Notes under the pieces: generated by a model | Told to the model about the DNA's origin: nothing | Seen by the model: the letters and a program-made list of their open reading frames with translations, nothing else | The model's database searches: none | In this document: positions 37,976 to 47,315 of the stretch, one piece after another | Layout of the letters: the number at the start of each line of letters is the position of its first letter | Numbering within the stretch: position 1 is the first letter of the stretch | Source of the DNA: an uncultured Nitrososphaerota archaeon | GTDB lineage: Archaea; Thermoproteota; Nitrososphaeria; Nitrososphaerales; Gagatemarchaeaceae | Reading direction: 5' to 3' | Length of the DNA stretch: 64,000 nt | Assembly: GCA_963703285.1 (NCBI GenBank) | Contig: OY969807.1 | Coordinates: 1,408,001 to 1,472,000 of the forward strand | Program-made: the position numbers and the translations under genes

Positions 37976-39199
37976 CTACCTGGTCAGGGGTTTATTCCTC
38001 TTTCTTCCCAGAGGTGAGCGCGCCACCGCAAGAATCACTCCGATCTGGACGAGCACTAGCACTATGTAGGAGACCGGGAGTGATGTGCTAGAAGCTGCGC
38101 TTGTTGTAGTAGACGTAGCAGAGGTGACCTCAGTGGCCGTCGAGGAGGCAACTGAGCCGGAGACCACAAAGACCTTGCTGGAGCCATCACTCACGAACAG
38201 CTCGCCCTTGCCCGAGTCGTAAGCCACGCCATCCGCACCGCCCGTACCGTATACGCCGCCTAGGGTCAGGTTCCCTACGACCGCGTTTGTAGAGTCGGAT
38301 ATCATGTAGACGACGGCGCCTACGCCAGTGGTCGCGAGGACATCTCCGCTGGCAGGGTCGTATGCCATGTTGTAGAGAGCAGGCCCCAAGACCAGGTTAG
38401 CCACCACTGTGTTCGTGGCGTCCGAAATCACTGTGACGTTGTTTGGAGCGGCACCGCCGTAGTTTGTGCCGACAAACATCTCGTCTCTAGCCGCGTCATA
38501 CGCCACGGTTGAAGGCCATTCCCCTACAGTCACGTTCGCAACGACCTTATTGTCGCTGTCAGAGATTACCGATACCGTATTGGACGATATCGGGCAATAA
38601 CCTGTGCAGGAGTCGGAATCGGCTACGTACAACTCTCCCTTGGTTGGATCGTACGCGATACCGTTAGGCCCGCTTCCCCCTGTCCCACTGCTCGCTATCG
38701 TAACGTTTGTGACTACGGTGTTCGTGCTATCCGAGATCACGGACACGGTGTTTGAGCCGTGGTTGGATACGAAGATCTCGCCCTTGGCTGAGTCATACGC
38801 TAGACCGGCAGGCCCGCTCCCCACCTTAACGGTTGCGACTACAGCGTTGGTACTGTCCGAAATCACGGACACGGTGTTTGAGCCGTAGTTTGATGCGAAG
38901 ACCTCGCCCTTGCTCGAATCATACGCCACCTGGACGGGGTCGCTCCCCGCGCTCACGTTCGCCACCACTGAGTTGGTGGCGTCGGATATTACGGCTACAG
39001 AGTTCGCGCCATATGCAGAGTCGGCGACGAAGACCTCGCCCTTCGCTGAATCGTATGCTAGGCCTCCGGGCCCGCCATGGACCGTCACGCTCGCAACCAC
39101 AGTCATGCTCGCTGCACTGGCCAACGGGACCTCAGCCGAAGCAAAGACCAGAAGTAGGAGGACTGTCAGGACGACCGCTGCGCGACCTGCGAAACGCAC
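37976..39199 (-). CDS. YVTN/YncE beta-propeller surface protein
   Basis: Signal peptide, repeated AYDSAKGEVFVSN..NTVSVISD, C-terminal TM plus basic tail. Confidence 0.9.
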   Translation of the reverse strand: MRFAGRAAVVLTVLLLLVFASAEVPLASAASMTVVASVTVHGGPGGLAYDSAKGEVFVADSAYGANSVAVISDATNSVVANVSAGSDPVQVAYDSSKGEVFASNYGSNTVSVISDSTNAVVATVKVGSGPAGLAYDSAKGEIFVSNHGSNTVSVISDSTNTVVTNVTIASSGTGGSGPNGIAYDPTKGELYVADSDSCTGYCPISSNTVSVISDSDNKVVANVTVGEWPSTVAYDAARDEMFVGTNYGGAAPNNVTVISDATNTVVANLVLGPALYNMAYDPASGDVLATTGVGAVVYMISDSTNAVVGNLTLGGVYGTGGADGVAYDSGKGELFVSDGSSKVFVVSGSVASSTATEVTSATSTTTSAASSTSLPVSYIVLVLVQIGVILAVARSPLGRKRNKPLTR

Positions 39200-39532
39200 C
39201 TACCGTCGTGCCAGACCCGAGTTATTATCGTTTTAGGGTACTTGCCGCTGCCGCCGAATTTGACCTCGTTGCTTCCTTCTTTAGCGCGGATGCCCCCTAT
39301 CAATTCCGCAGGGCCAGAGCTCTCAGTTTTTTGGTGCGTTAGAGAAACCCCACGGGCTAGAAGCCCGTGGTCCGCAAGCTTGTCACGTGATTCTTCCAAG
39401 GTTTCCGCGGGGCCCTCACTGGCCCTCTGTGCGCACAGGAGGGGTTGGTTCTGCCGTCGCTTGGGCCTGGCTCAATAGGCCGATGGGATTGCGTGTTTGG
39501 CCTAATAAAGACGCGGATTTGAATAGTATACT

Positions 39533-39573
39533 TGGTGCGGCCGGTGAGATTTGAGCCACAATTTACTAGTAAA
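39533..39573 (-). repeat. Degenerate tRNA-3'-like att fragment
   Basis: 32/41 ungapped identity to 36764-36804; ends in palindrome TTTACTAGTAAA. Confidence 0.7.
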
Positions 39574-39620
39574 GTCGGGTGGAAATAAATCCACATTATC
39601 GAGCAATGAGACGCGAATTT

Positions 39621-39708
39621 TGGTGCGGGGGGTGGGATTCGAACCCACGAACCCCTAAGGGATTGGAGCCTCAGTCCAACGCCGTTGGCCATGCTGGGCG
39701 ACCCCCGC
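39621..39708 (-). tRNA. tRNA-Leu(GAG), CCA encoded, no intron
   Basis: GCGGGGG..TTGGA-CTGAGGC-TCCAA, long variable arm, GTGGGTTCGAATCCCAC. Confidence 0.95.
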
Positions 39709-39769
39709 GCGCTTGCCGCCTTGATTCCTGCGAATCTAAAACTCTTCCGAGTTACGGTCAGCGTCTAGA

Positions 39770-39777
39770 TTTTAAAA
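39770..39777 (+). promoter_or_regulatory. TATA box for tRNA-Thr
   Basis: TTTTAAAA about 26 nt upstream of the tRNA start. Confidence 0.55.
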
Positions 39778-39803
39778 GCGCGCCGGAGGGGGCGATGGGA
39801 CGT

Positions 39804-39899
39804 GCCGGCGTAGCTCAGTTGGTAGAGCGTGCGCCTCGTAAGCGCAAGGTCGAGGGATCGACACGGCTGGGAGCCGCGATAAACCCTCCGCCGGCTCCA
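39804..39899 (+). tRNA. tRNA-Thr(CGT) with a T-loop intron (39863-39882, position 59/60)
   Basis: TGCGC-CTCGTAA-GCGCA; perfect BHB GAGGG-ATCG-ACA-CGGC..GCCG-CGAT-AAA-CCCTC; CCA encoded. Confidence 0.92.
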
Positions 39900-39928
39900 T
39901 ATTCACAGCGCATGAATGACTATCCAGT

Positions 39929-41029
39929 CTAGGGTCTAGGTACCTCGAGCAGGAGAGTTCTAATCACTTCGTCGTAGTCTACAAAAGAGAGAATTGCGTA
40001 GCCGCGAGCCATCCAAGGATTGTACTTGAAATCCTGTCGCAGCTTTCGGGTGAGTTTAAGGAGTTCTTCCTGAATGCAGAGTCCAAAGTCACGTCTTCTC
40101 CTAGTTGATATCATCCTCGTTTGAATTGCGACTTGAGCGTCTGTCGAGTAGAGGTCCTTACCACCCCTTGAAGGTTCTTCGATGACCAACTTTCGCAGGC
40201 CTAGATACTTCGCCCCGCACAGGTACGCTATCTCGGAACCTATTCGACCTTGGTCATAGACAGAACCTTCACGGAGCATCGTGCCTTCTAACTCTCTGTG
40301 CAGAATGACCGAGTCAACAATCATCGCATACGAACACTTTCCCTGAACCAAGTTGAGGTGCCTTCCCGAGTAACTGCGAGGCTGGACCAACCCGTAGAGT
40401 TCCTCAGAAGGAGGTTTGGCATAGCAGGTTGATACCGCGCTTTGCCGGCCATAATGAACCCTCAACCTGAATCCATCGAAGGAGAGCAGACTAACCGATT
40501 CACATCCAGCTCCACGATCGATTTGAATCTGTGGTGGATTCAATCCATCGTGTCGAATTCTCATCTTCCACACCCTCCCGATGTAATCGGCGAGTTTGAA
40601 CTGTAGGTAAACTCCTCCGTGTTGGTTGCTAACTCCTGGATATGCGTCGATAATGCCAGTCATTGTGAAGTAAGATAGGTTAGCTAGTGGATGGTCCTGA
40701 ACGACTTCTATCCGAATCTTATCATCAGCTATTGCGAATGATTCGAGTACGACCCGGTCCGCCGCCCATCTCACATTGCGGCGGTTCTCAAGCTCGAAGC
40801 TTGGGATGCCTGAGACAAACGATTCCCTCGACAACTGTTCGAGGGAGATTATGACGTCTTCTCCTGGAGCCGATCGGTCTCTCGGAAGCACAGGTCTGAA
40901 CTCGTTTCCTCCTTTGTACGTGTGATAGCTGAAGAACGAGCCTCCAGAATCGTGTACCTCAATCTTGACTGCGATTTGGTCATGATTGGACGAGGTGGAG
41001 GTTTCACGTACAATTCTCGAGTTTGACAT
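39929..41029 (-). CDS. Hypothetical low-GC protein with a possible restriction-endonuclease-like C-terminus
   Basis: Long ORF with atypical composition; GRIGSEIAY..EEPSRGGKDL..VAIQTR. Confidence 0.55.
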   Translation of the reverse strand: MSNSRIVRETSTSSNHDQIAVKIEVHDSGGSFFSYHTYKGGNEFRPVLPRDRSAPGEDVIISLEQLSRESFVSGIPSFELENRRNVRWAADRVVLESFAIADDKIRIEVVQDHPLANLSYFTMTGIIDAYPGVSNQHGGVYLQFKLADYIGRVWKMRIRHDGLNPPQIQIDRGAGCESVSLLSFDGFRLRVHYGRQSAVSTCYAKPPSEELYGLVQPRSYSGRHLNLVQGKCSYAMIVDSVILHRELEGTMLREGSVYDQGRIGSEIAYLCGAKYLGLRKLVIEEPSRGGKDLYSTDAQVAIQTRMISTRRRRDFGLCIQEELLKLTRKLRQDFKYNPWMARGYAILSFVDYDEVIRTLLLEVPRP

Positions 41030-41363
41030 ACTGTCAAGCCGGCGTGCAGAGATGAATATCCTACCGTCACGCCCGATTTTGAAAGAATGAATTGTGTGAT
41101 TTGTCTGTTCTCTGAGTTGAGCTGAATCGGGTCGGAGATTCGGAAGCGTACGAAGGTACTCGCCCCAGAAATAAAAGCACCCATACGCTGCGTATAGAGC
41201 AGCAATCCTGCCTGTTCGGACAAAACTATTAATCACAAAAATCCTGAATTCCGCCCGTGAAGTAGGTGGAATTTTCGGCAAAAAGCCCTGAGCTTGGCGA
41301 CACGGAGGATTCTATCCAAGGGGATTTCGGGTCGATTCCGCTAGTCGAGAACGAACATACCCC

Positions 41364-42863
41364 ATGACGGAATCGATCCTGCGGCGCATCCCCCGACCGG
41401 AGGTCACGGCCGGGCTGGCTGTCTTCGCGTCGGCGTTCCTGATCTATCTGTTCACGGTGAACTCCGTCTGGGCGACCGACCACGCCACGAGCTTCCTCCA
41501 GCTCGACTGGGCGATATGGGTCCACCACTCCTTCGCGCTGGGCAGCGCCGGCAGCTTCCAGCCCAACTCCGTCGACGACTTCGTCTTCAAGGGGAACTAC
41601 TACAGCGCCCTCGCCCCGGGGACGGCGATACTCGCCCTCCCATTCGTGGGGGTGGGCTTCGCCCTGGACGGGCACTTCACCGTCTTCGGGTACGCGCTGA
41701 TGTCGTCCGAGGTCTTCGTCGCCCTGGTCAACTCCATAGCCGCCTACCTCGTCTACGCGCTCGCGAGGCTTTACTTCAGCAAGAAGACCGCGGTCTTCCT
41801 GGCGTTCGCCTACGCCTTCTCGACGGTCAGCTGGCCGTTCGCGGTCTACTTCTTCCAGAGCGACGTCACGGCCATGTTCGACCTTCTCGCGGTCTACTTC
41901 ACCATCAGGGTCACCCGCGACACAGTCGGCAACCACTCCCGCTACATACTCGTCGCGGGCATCTCAGCAGCCGCCGCCCTCACCACGGACTACGTCAGCG
42001 CGATACTGATACCGATAATAGCGGGGTACCTGGTCTTCTCGTTCCGCCGGAGACCGCGGGTTCTCGCAGGGCTCCTCACCGCCTTCCTCCTCTACTCGAT
42101 CGTTGGGATCGTGCTCATAGGGCTGTACAACGAGGCCGTCTTCGGCACCGCCTTCCACACTACCGAGCAGGTCTACCTCAGCAGCTCCACGCCGTTCGGG
42201 GAGTTCTCGACGCCGATCTACGAGGGCCTCTACCTAAACCTGTTCTCCCCGCTGAGGGGGCTGTTCGTCTACTCCATCTTCCTCGTCCTCGGGGTCTTCG
42301 GGCTGGCCGGGATGCTGAGGGAGAGGCTGCACAGGGAGGAGGCGGCCCTCATGCTGGCGTGCTTCCTAGGGATCCTCCTCCCCTATTCGGCGTGGTACGA
42401 CCCCGTGGGAGGGGCCGCGTTCGGCCCGCGCTTCCTCGTCGCGGCGGTCCCGTTCCTGCTCGTTCCGGCGGGGCTGGTCATTGAGGAAGGAACCCGAAAC
42501 ACCCGCATGGTCGCGTTCATCCTCTACGCGGTCGGGGTCGTCATCAGCGGAATCGCAGGTGTGACGGAGGGGATCGCGCCGACGATCAACTGGGGGCTGT
42601 CGCCCCTGCTCAGCTTCACGCTCCCCAACTTCTTGCGAGGAGAGCTCGACGACTGGTGGGTGAAGTTCGTCGGGCAGTACTGGCCCATCCCAGCCGCGCT
42701 TCTGATAGCCACGGCGGTCGCGCTTCCCATAGTCTCGAATCGTCTCCTGTCGAGGGATGAGAAGGAGGGCGACGTCGCTGGACCTCCGCAGGCCGGAGAA
42801 TCCGGAGGCGCGTCACCTAGTAGCCTATCTCCGAGCTCGGTCGGAGGTGACGCATCGACTTGA
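41364..42863 (+). CDS. Polytopic membrane protein, GT-C (ArnT/PMT-like) glycosyltransferase family
   Basis: Many TM segments, YYSALAPG, LFSPLRGLFVYS, GGAAFGPRFL. Confidence 0.75.
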   Translation: MTESILRRIPRPEVTAGLAVFASAFLIYLFTVNSVWATDHATSFLQLDWAIWVHHSFALGSAGSFQPNSVDDFVFKGNYYSALAPGTAILALPFVGVGFALDGHFTVFGYALMSSEVFVALVNSIAAYLVYALARLYFSKKTAVFLAFAYAFSTVSWPFAVYFFQSDVTAMFDLLAVYFTIRVTRDTVGNHSRYILVAGISAAAALTTDYVSAILIPIIAGYLVFSFRRRPRVLAGLLTAFLLYSIVGIVLIGLYNEAVFGTAFHTTEQVYLSSSTPFGEFSTPIYEGLYLNLFSPLRGLFVYSIFLVLGVFGLAGMLRERLHREEAALMLACFLGILLPYSAWYDPVGGAAFGPRFLVAAVPFLLVPAGLVIEEGTRNTRMVAFILYAVGVVISGIAGVTEGIAPTINWGLSPLLSFTLPNFLRGELDDWWVKFVGQYWPIPAALLIATAVALPIVSNRLLSRDEKEGDVAGPPQAGESGGASPSSLSPSSVGGDAST

Positions 42864-42984
42864 CGCGGCCGCACCTCTTGCACTTGTACTCGCCCCTTCC
42901 CCGCGGGTTGTACCTCCTTGTGTCCACTACGAGCTCGTGCTCCGTCCTCATCATGCACTTCTCGCAGTACCTGTACTCGACCAA
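42817..42984 (-). CDS. Small zinc-ribbon protein (55 aa)
   Basis: Manual translation MVEYRYCEKCMMRTEHELVVDTRRYNPRGRGEYKCKRCGRVKSM..; TTTAAA upstream. Confidence 0.65.
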   Translation of the reverse strand: MVEYRYCEKCMMRTEHELVVDTRRYNPRGRGEYKCKRCGRVKSMRHLRPSSEIGY

Positions 42985-43047
42985 CTCGGACTTCCCGCAA
43001 AGTGCTCTTCATCGTATTTAAAGCACCTCTCGTCTGGAATCGTCGCG

Positions 43048-43320
43048 ATGTCGGACCTGGGGCTCCTGGGTGTCGGTGTCTTCTTGGCCGGGGTGCTTGT
43101 CCTCATTCTGGCGACGGTCCTCTCGTCGCGCCCGAGGGAGAGGAGCGAGCGCGCGGGTGAAGGAGACGGGGAGAAGACCGGGGTGAAGGGGGGCAGCGTC
43201 GTCATGATAGGTCCGATACCGATCATCTTCGGGACGGATGCGAAGTGGACCGTGATAGCGATACTGCTCGCGATCGTACTCATCGTCCTGAGCATACTCC
43301 TCTCTGGTGGACTGAGATGA
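43048..43320 (+). CDS. DUF131 (TIGR00304) membrane protein
   Basis: GGSVVMIGPIPIIFGTD. Confidence 0.88.
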   Translation: MSDLGLLGVGVFLAGVLVLILATVLSSRPRERSERAGEGDGEKTGVKGGSVVMIGPIPIIFGTDAKWTVIAILLAIVLIVLSILLSGGLR

Positions 43321-43574
43321 TGAACCCCTCGAGGCTTTACGCCCTCGGTCTTTTGCTTGTCTTCGCCGGGATAGCGCTGGTGGCTCTGGGGGGCCTCGGC
43401 ACGGGCTCGGCCTCCTTTGGCGGGGTGGTCTTTATCGGGCCCTTTCCAATCGTCTTCGGGAGCGGTCCCGGTTCCGGGCTGCTGGCGCTCACCACCCTGG
43501 TGATTGGCGCGGTCATGGTGGTCACGTTCTACCTGTTCGTCCTGCTCAGACGGAGACCAAGTGGGGAGCCCTAG
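43317..43574 (+). CDS. DUF131 membrane protein (second copy)
   Basis: GGVVFIGPFPIVFGSG. Confidence 0.85.
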   Translation: MMNPSRLYALGLLLVFAGIALVALGGLGTGSASFGGVVFIGPFPIVFGSGPGSGLLALTTLVIGAVMVVTFYLFVLLRRRPSGEP

Positions 43575-43675
43575 GAGACCCCTCCTGTGCCCTGCGGTAT
43601 CCTAGAGCCTGCGACGGAACCGGCAGAACAATTTCAAATAAGACATAAATACCAAGTCCGGATTCCTTACCGTCT

Positions 43676-44023
43676 ATGCAGAAAGTAGTACCGATTGTGC
43701 AGTTCAGCGCTCCCGCGAGAGAGAAGCTGATGGAGGCTCTCAAGGGGGAGACCGGGGCCAACGCATTCCTGAGAATCGACGTTTACGCTTCGGGCGGCTG
43801 CGCCTGCAGCGGAGGTTACAAGTACGGAATGGGCCTGGAAGAGAAGGCAAGGCCCGATGACATCGTAGAGGAGATAGAGGACATCAAGGTCGTGACGGAC
43901 AAGAACAACGTTGACATCCTGAGGGGCTCCAAGATCGACTACAGCGAGACAGTCCAGCGGAGGGGCTTCAAGATAATCAACCCCAACGTCCAGGCGGGCG
44001 GCTGCGGCTGCGGCGGGCACTGA
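43676..44023 (+). CDS. IscA/HesB Fe-S carrier protein
   Basis: GGCACSG, GSKIDY, NPN..CGCG. Confidence 0.92.
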   Translation: MQKVVPIVQFSAPAREKLMEALKGETGANAFLRIDVYASGGCACSGGYKYGMGLEEKARPDDIVEEIEDIKVVTDKNNVDILRGSKIDYSETVQRRGFKIINPNVQAGGCGCGGH

Positions 44024-44056
44024 AACGACGCGCTAGCTCCACCGAAGGCGGCCTAC

Positions 44057-45376
44057 TCAGCGGTCCTTTGACCTAGGGCCGACCATCTTCCTCAAGTCCA
44101 GGATGCGGTTGATCTCCCTCTGGGTGTAGCCCATCTCCTTGAGGGCGTCCCTTATCGAGTGGCCGCGCGATAGTTTCTTTCCAAGGGCGGACGCCTTGTC
44201 GTAGCCTATCGTCGGTGACAGAATCGTCACGAGGGACGGGCTGCTCTCGGCAAAGGCCCTCAGCCGCGCCTTGTCGGCCACTACGTGGTCCAAGACAAGC
44301 GAGGAGACCTTCCTGAGGGCCTCGGACAGCAGCTTGAGCTGGAGGTTTACGTTGTAGCCGATGAGGGGGACCCCCATGCTTAGCTCGAACTCGCCGAGAG
44401 TGCCCGCGACCTGGTTCGCCTGGTCGAAGCCGAAGATCTGGGAGGAGACGAGGAGTGCGGCCTCGACCGTCACGGGGTTGGTCTTCCCAGGCATCATGCT
44501 GCTCCCCGCGACCTCGGCCTGCCTCGGGAGGTCAATCTCACCCAAGCCCGTCAGGGGCCCGGAGAACATGAGCCGGAGGTCCTGGCAGAGCCTGAAGAGG
44601 TCGAGCGCGGTGACCTTGAGCGCGGAGCTCAGCGCGACCAGGTCGGAGACGAGCCTCATCGCCCGGAACCTGTCGCCCGCCTCTGAGAACCTGAGCCCCG
44701 TGGCCCTGTTGAGCCCCCCGACGATGATGCGCCCGAAGTCGGCGCTCGTGTTGATCCCCGTCCCCACCGCCGTCCCGCCGATGGGGAGCTCCCTGACGTA
44801 CCTCAGGGCGTCGAAGACGAGGCGCCTGTCGTGGGCGAACGCGTCGGAGTAGGCGCCGAACTCCTGCCCCATGGTCACGGGCAGCGCATCACGTAGGTGT
44901 GTCCTTCCGGACTTGTACACCGAGGACGTCCTCGCGGCGAGGCTCCCAAGGCTCTTCGAGGTCTCCGCCAGGCTCGGAAGCAGCACCCTGCTCGCGAGGA
45001 GTGCTGCCGCGACTCGAATCGCGGTCGGCACGACGTCGTTGGAGGACTGGCCCATGTTGACTTGGTCGTTGGCGTGGACCTTCCTCCCCGAGATCTCCGA
45101 CGCCCTCTCGGCGATGACCTCGTTGACGTTCATGTTGATCCCTGTCCCGGACCCCGTCTGGAAGACGTCGACCGTTATTCTGCCGTCGTGCTTTCCCTCC
45201 ATCACCTCGCCTGAGGCCGAGACTATCGCGCGGTAGGTCTCTGTGTCGAGCTTGCCGAGGGAGTGGTTCGCGCCGGCGGAGAGCTGCTTGATCAGGGCCA
45301 CCGACCAGATTATCTCTTTGGGGAATGTCGTGCCCGTGCTCATGAAGAGCTTGTTGGCGCCCTCCACGTACTTCAT
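44057..45376 (-). CDS. fumC: Class II fumarate hydratase / aspartase family
   Basis: FQTGSGT, GQSSND, GRTHLRDA, GSSMMPGKTNP. Confidence 0.85.
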   Translation of the reverse strand: MKYVEGANKLFMSTGTTFPKEIIWSVALIKQLSAGANHSLGKLDTETYRAIVSASGEVMEGKHDGRITVDVFQTGSGTGINMNVNEVIAERASEISGRKVHANDQVNMGQSSNDVVPTAIRVAAALLASRVLLPSLAETSKSLGSLAARTSSVYKSGRTHLRDALPVTMGQEFGAYSDAFAHDRRLVFDALRYVRELPIGGTAVGTGINTSADFGRIIVGGLNRATGLRFSEAGDRFRAMRLVSDLVALSSALKVTALDLFRLCQDLRLMFSGPLTGLGEIDLPRQAEVAGSSMMPGKTNPVTVEAALLVSSQIFGFDQANQVAGTLGEFELSMGVPLIGYNVNLQLKLLSEALRKVSSLVLDHVVADKARLRAFAESSPSLVTILSPTIGYDKASALGKKLSRGHSIRDALKEMGYTQREINRILDLRKMVGPRSKDR

Positions 45377-45422
45377 GCCGGCGTCGGCGGGGCGGGCCTT
45401 TCTTAAGGCTTGGGAGGCCGGG

Positions 45423-45908
45423 TCAGCGCCTCTGTCTGACGCCTATCTTCTCGATGAGGCGCCCCAGCTCCGAGTCGTCGACGGCGTCGACGCGAAGGTA
45501 CTTGAGAATCTCGTCCTCGCTCATCTGGAGCCTCTTTGCTTCGTCTATGGTGTAGCGGTAGGCCTCTATCTCAGTCGGCCTGTCCACGTACTCGAAGGTC
45601 TGGTCGTAAAGGTCCCGGCCGTCGAGGAACTGCTTAACGTGGACGAGGACGTGAATCACGTCGAGGTACAGGCAGTTTATCCTGGCCGAGGTGAGGTACT
45701 TGCAGCCGATGCAGACGGATCCGGTGTTGTGGTCGAGCCAGATCCCCCAGTCCGAGTCTACGACGGCCAGCTTGAGGTGGTGGATTATCTTCAGCATCCC
45801 CCGCGGCGAACCGAAGAGCCTAAGAAGGGTTGGCGAGTTCTCGACGCCGATGAATATCTGGGTGAACTTGTACTCTCCCAGACCGACGTTTCTCTTCGCC
45901 TTGAACAC
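45423..45908 (-). CDS. Conserved hypothetical protein with a degenerate HExxH-like motif
   Basis: LYLDVIHVLVHVKQ..YVDRPTEIEAY; start position uncertain. Confidence 0.65.
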   Translation of the reverse strand: MFKAKRNVGLGEYKFTQIFIGVENSPTLLRLFGSPRGMLKIIHHLKLAVVDSDWGIWLDHNTGSVCIGCKYLTSARINCLYLDVIHVLVHVKQFLDGRDLYDQTFEYVDRPTEIEAYRYTIDEAKRLQMSEDEILKYLRVDAVDDSELGRLIEKIGVRQRR

Positions 45909-46012
45909 TTTGGGGGGCAACCTAATGGAAGAGGCCCCGTTCGCAATCAAAAGACAGGAACTCAAAACCTCTTCACTCCTTGCCGGCGAAATAATGACAG
46001 GGTGCTCGACGA

Positions 46013-47314
46013 GTGACAGTGGCGACCATTAGCGGGATACGCGGGATCTTCAACGTGGACCTCGAGCCCGCGGACGTCGTCTCCTACGCGCAGGGCTTCG
46101 CGTCGGTGGCGGCTTCGCCGGAGGTCCTGGTCGGGAGGGACACTCGCCACACCGGCGAGCTGGTGGAGAGGCTCGTCAAGAGCGCCCTTCTCGACGCGGG
46201 GAGGGAGGTCGTCGACTACGGCGTGATCTCGACGCCCGCGCTCTTCCGCGAGAGCAGGACGAAGGAGAGGCCGGCCGTGATGGTCACCGCCTCGCACAAC
46301 GAGCCCGAGTGGAACGGGCTCAAGTTCGTCCTCAGCGGGAGGGGGCCGGACCAGGCGGAGTTCGACAGCGTCCTCAAGGCACGCAGGAAGGCGCCACGCG
46401 CCGGACTGGGCGGACAGGCGCGACCGGGACCGAGGCCGTCCTACGTCCGGGAGCTGGTGGCCATGGCGGGCGAGGGGTCGTGCGAAGGCGTTAGGGTCGC
46501 CGCCGACCTCAACGGGGGCGCCGCCGTCGCCCACGCGCCAGCGATCTTCCAGGGGCTGGGGTGCGAGCTGACCGTAATTGGGGGGACGCCGGGCGTCTTC
46601 AGCAGGACCATCGACCCGACCAACGACGCCCTGGAGCTCCTGACCAAGACGGTGAAGGAGAAGGGCTGTGACGTCGGGTTCGCGTTCGACTGCGATGGCG
46701 ACAGGCTCGTCGTCGTCGACCCGGCGGGCAGGAGCAGGTCGGGAGACTTTATGCTGACCATGGTGATGAAGGAGATCCTCCCCTCGCTCACGGACCGGTC
46801 GGTGGTCGTCTCCGTCGATACGACCCAGGCGATTGACGATGTGGTCTCGGAGCTGGGCGGACGGGTCCACAGGTCGAAGGTGGGCGAGGCGAACGTCATC
46901 GCAGAGATGCTCCGGGACCACGTCGACATCGGGGGCGAGGGGAGCAGCGGGGGTCTGATCGACGGCCGGTACAACCTCTGCAGGGACTCGATGCTCGCCG
47001 CGATAACGATCGTGAAGGCGATAAAGAAGAAGGGGACGAAGGTCTTCGACCAGGTCCCATCCTACCACCAGGTGAGGCTGAGGCTCCCGCTCGAGAGGAA
47101 GAAGGCGCTCTCGGCCATCGGGAGGCTCGAGAAGCAGAACCCCGGCGCCGAGACGCTTGACGGGATCAAAATCAACGCCTCGAAAAGGTCGTGGGTCCTG
47201 GTCAGGCCCTCGGGGACGGAGGACATCGTGAGGGTGTCGAGCGAGTCCACCTCCGCGAAGGACGCCCGCGAGCTCGCAGAGACCTACATGGAGAGGCTGA
47301 GGAGGCCCTCCTAG
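46013..47314 (+). CDS. Phosphohexomutase (PMM/PGM family)
   Basis: TASHNEPEWNGLK, DCDGDR, RPSGTE. Confidence 0.92.
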   Translation: MTVATISGIRGIFNVDLEPADVVSYAQGFASVAASPEVLVGRDTRHTGELVERLVKSALLDAGREVVDYGVISTPALFRESRTKERPAVMVTASHNEPEWNGLKFVLSGRGPDQAEFDSVLKARRKAPRAGLGGQARPGPRPSYVRELVAMAGEGSCEGVRVAADLNGGAAVAHAPAIFQGLGCELTVIGGTPGVFSRTIDPTNDALELLTKTVKEKGCDVGFAFDCDGDRLVVVDPAGRSRSGDFMLTMVMKEILPSLTDRSVVVSVDTTQAIDDVVSELGGRVHRSKVGEANVIAEMLRDHVDIGGEGSSGGLIDGRYNLCRDSMLAAITIVKAIKKKGTKVFDQVPSYHQVRLRLPLERKKALSAIGRLEKQNPGAETLDGIKINASKRSWVLVRPSGTEDIVRVSSESTSAKDARELAETYMERLRRPS

Positions 47315-47315
47315 G

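Noticed and set aside
38220-39070. Repeated GGACACGGTGTTTGAGCCGT-type segments
   Set aside because: Blade repeats of the YVTN propeller
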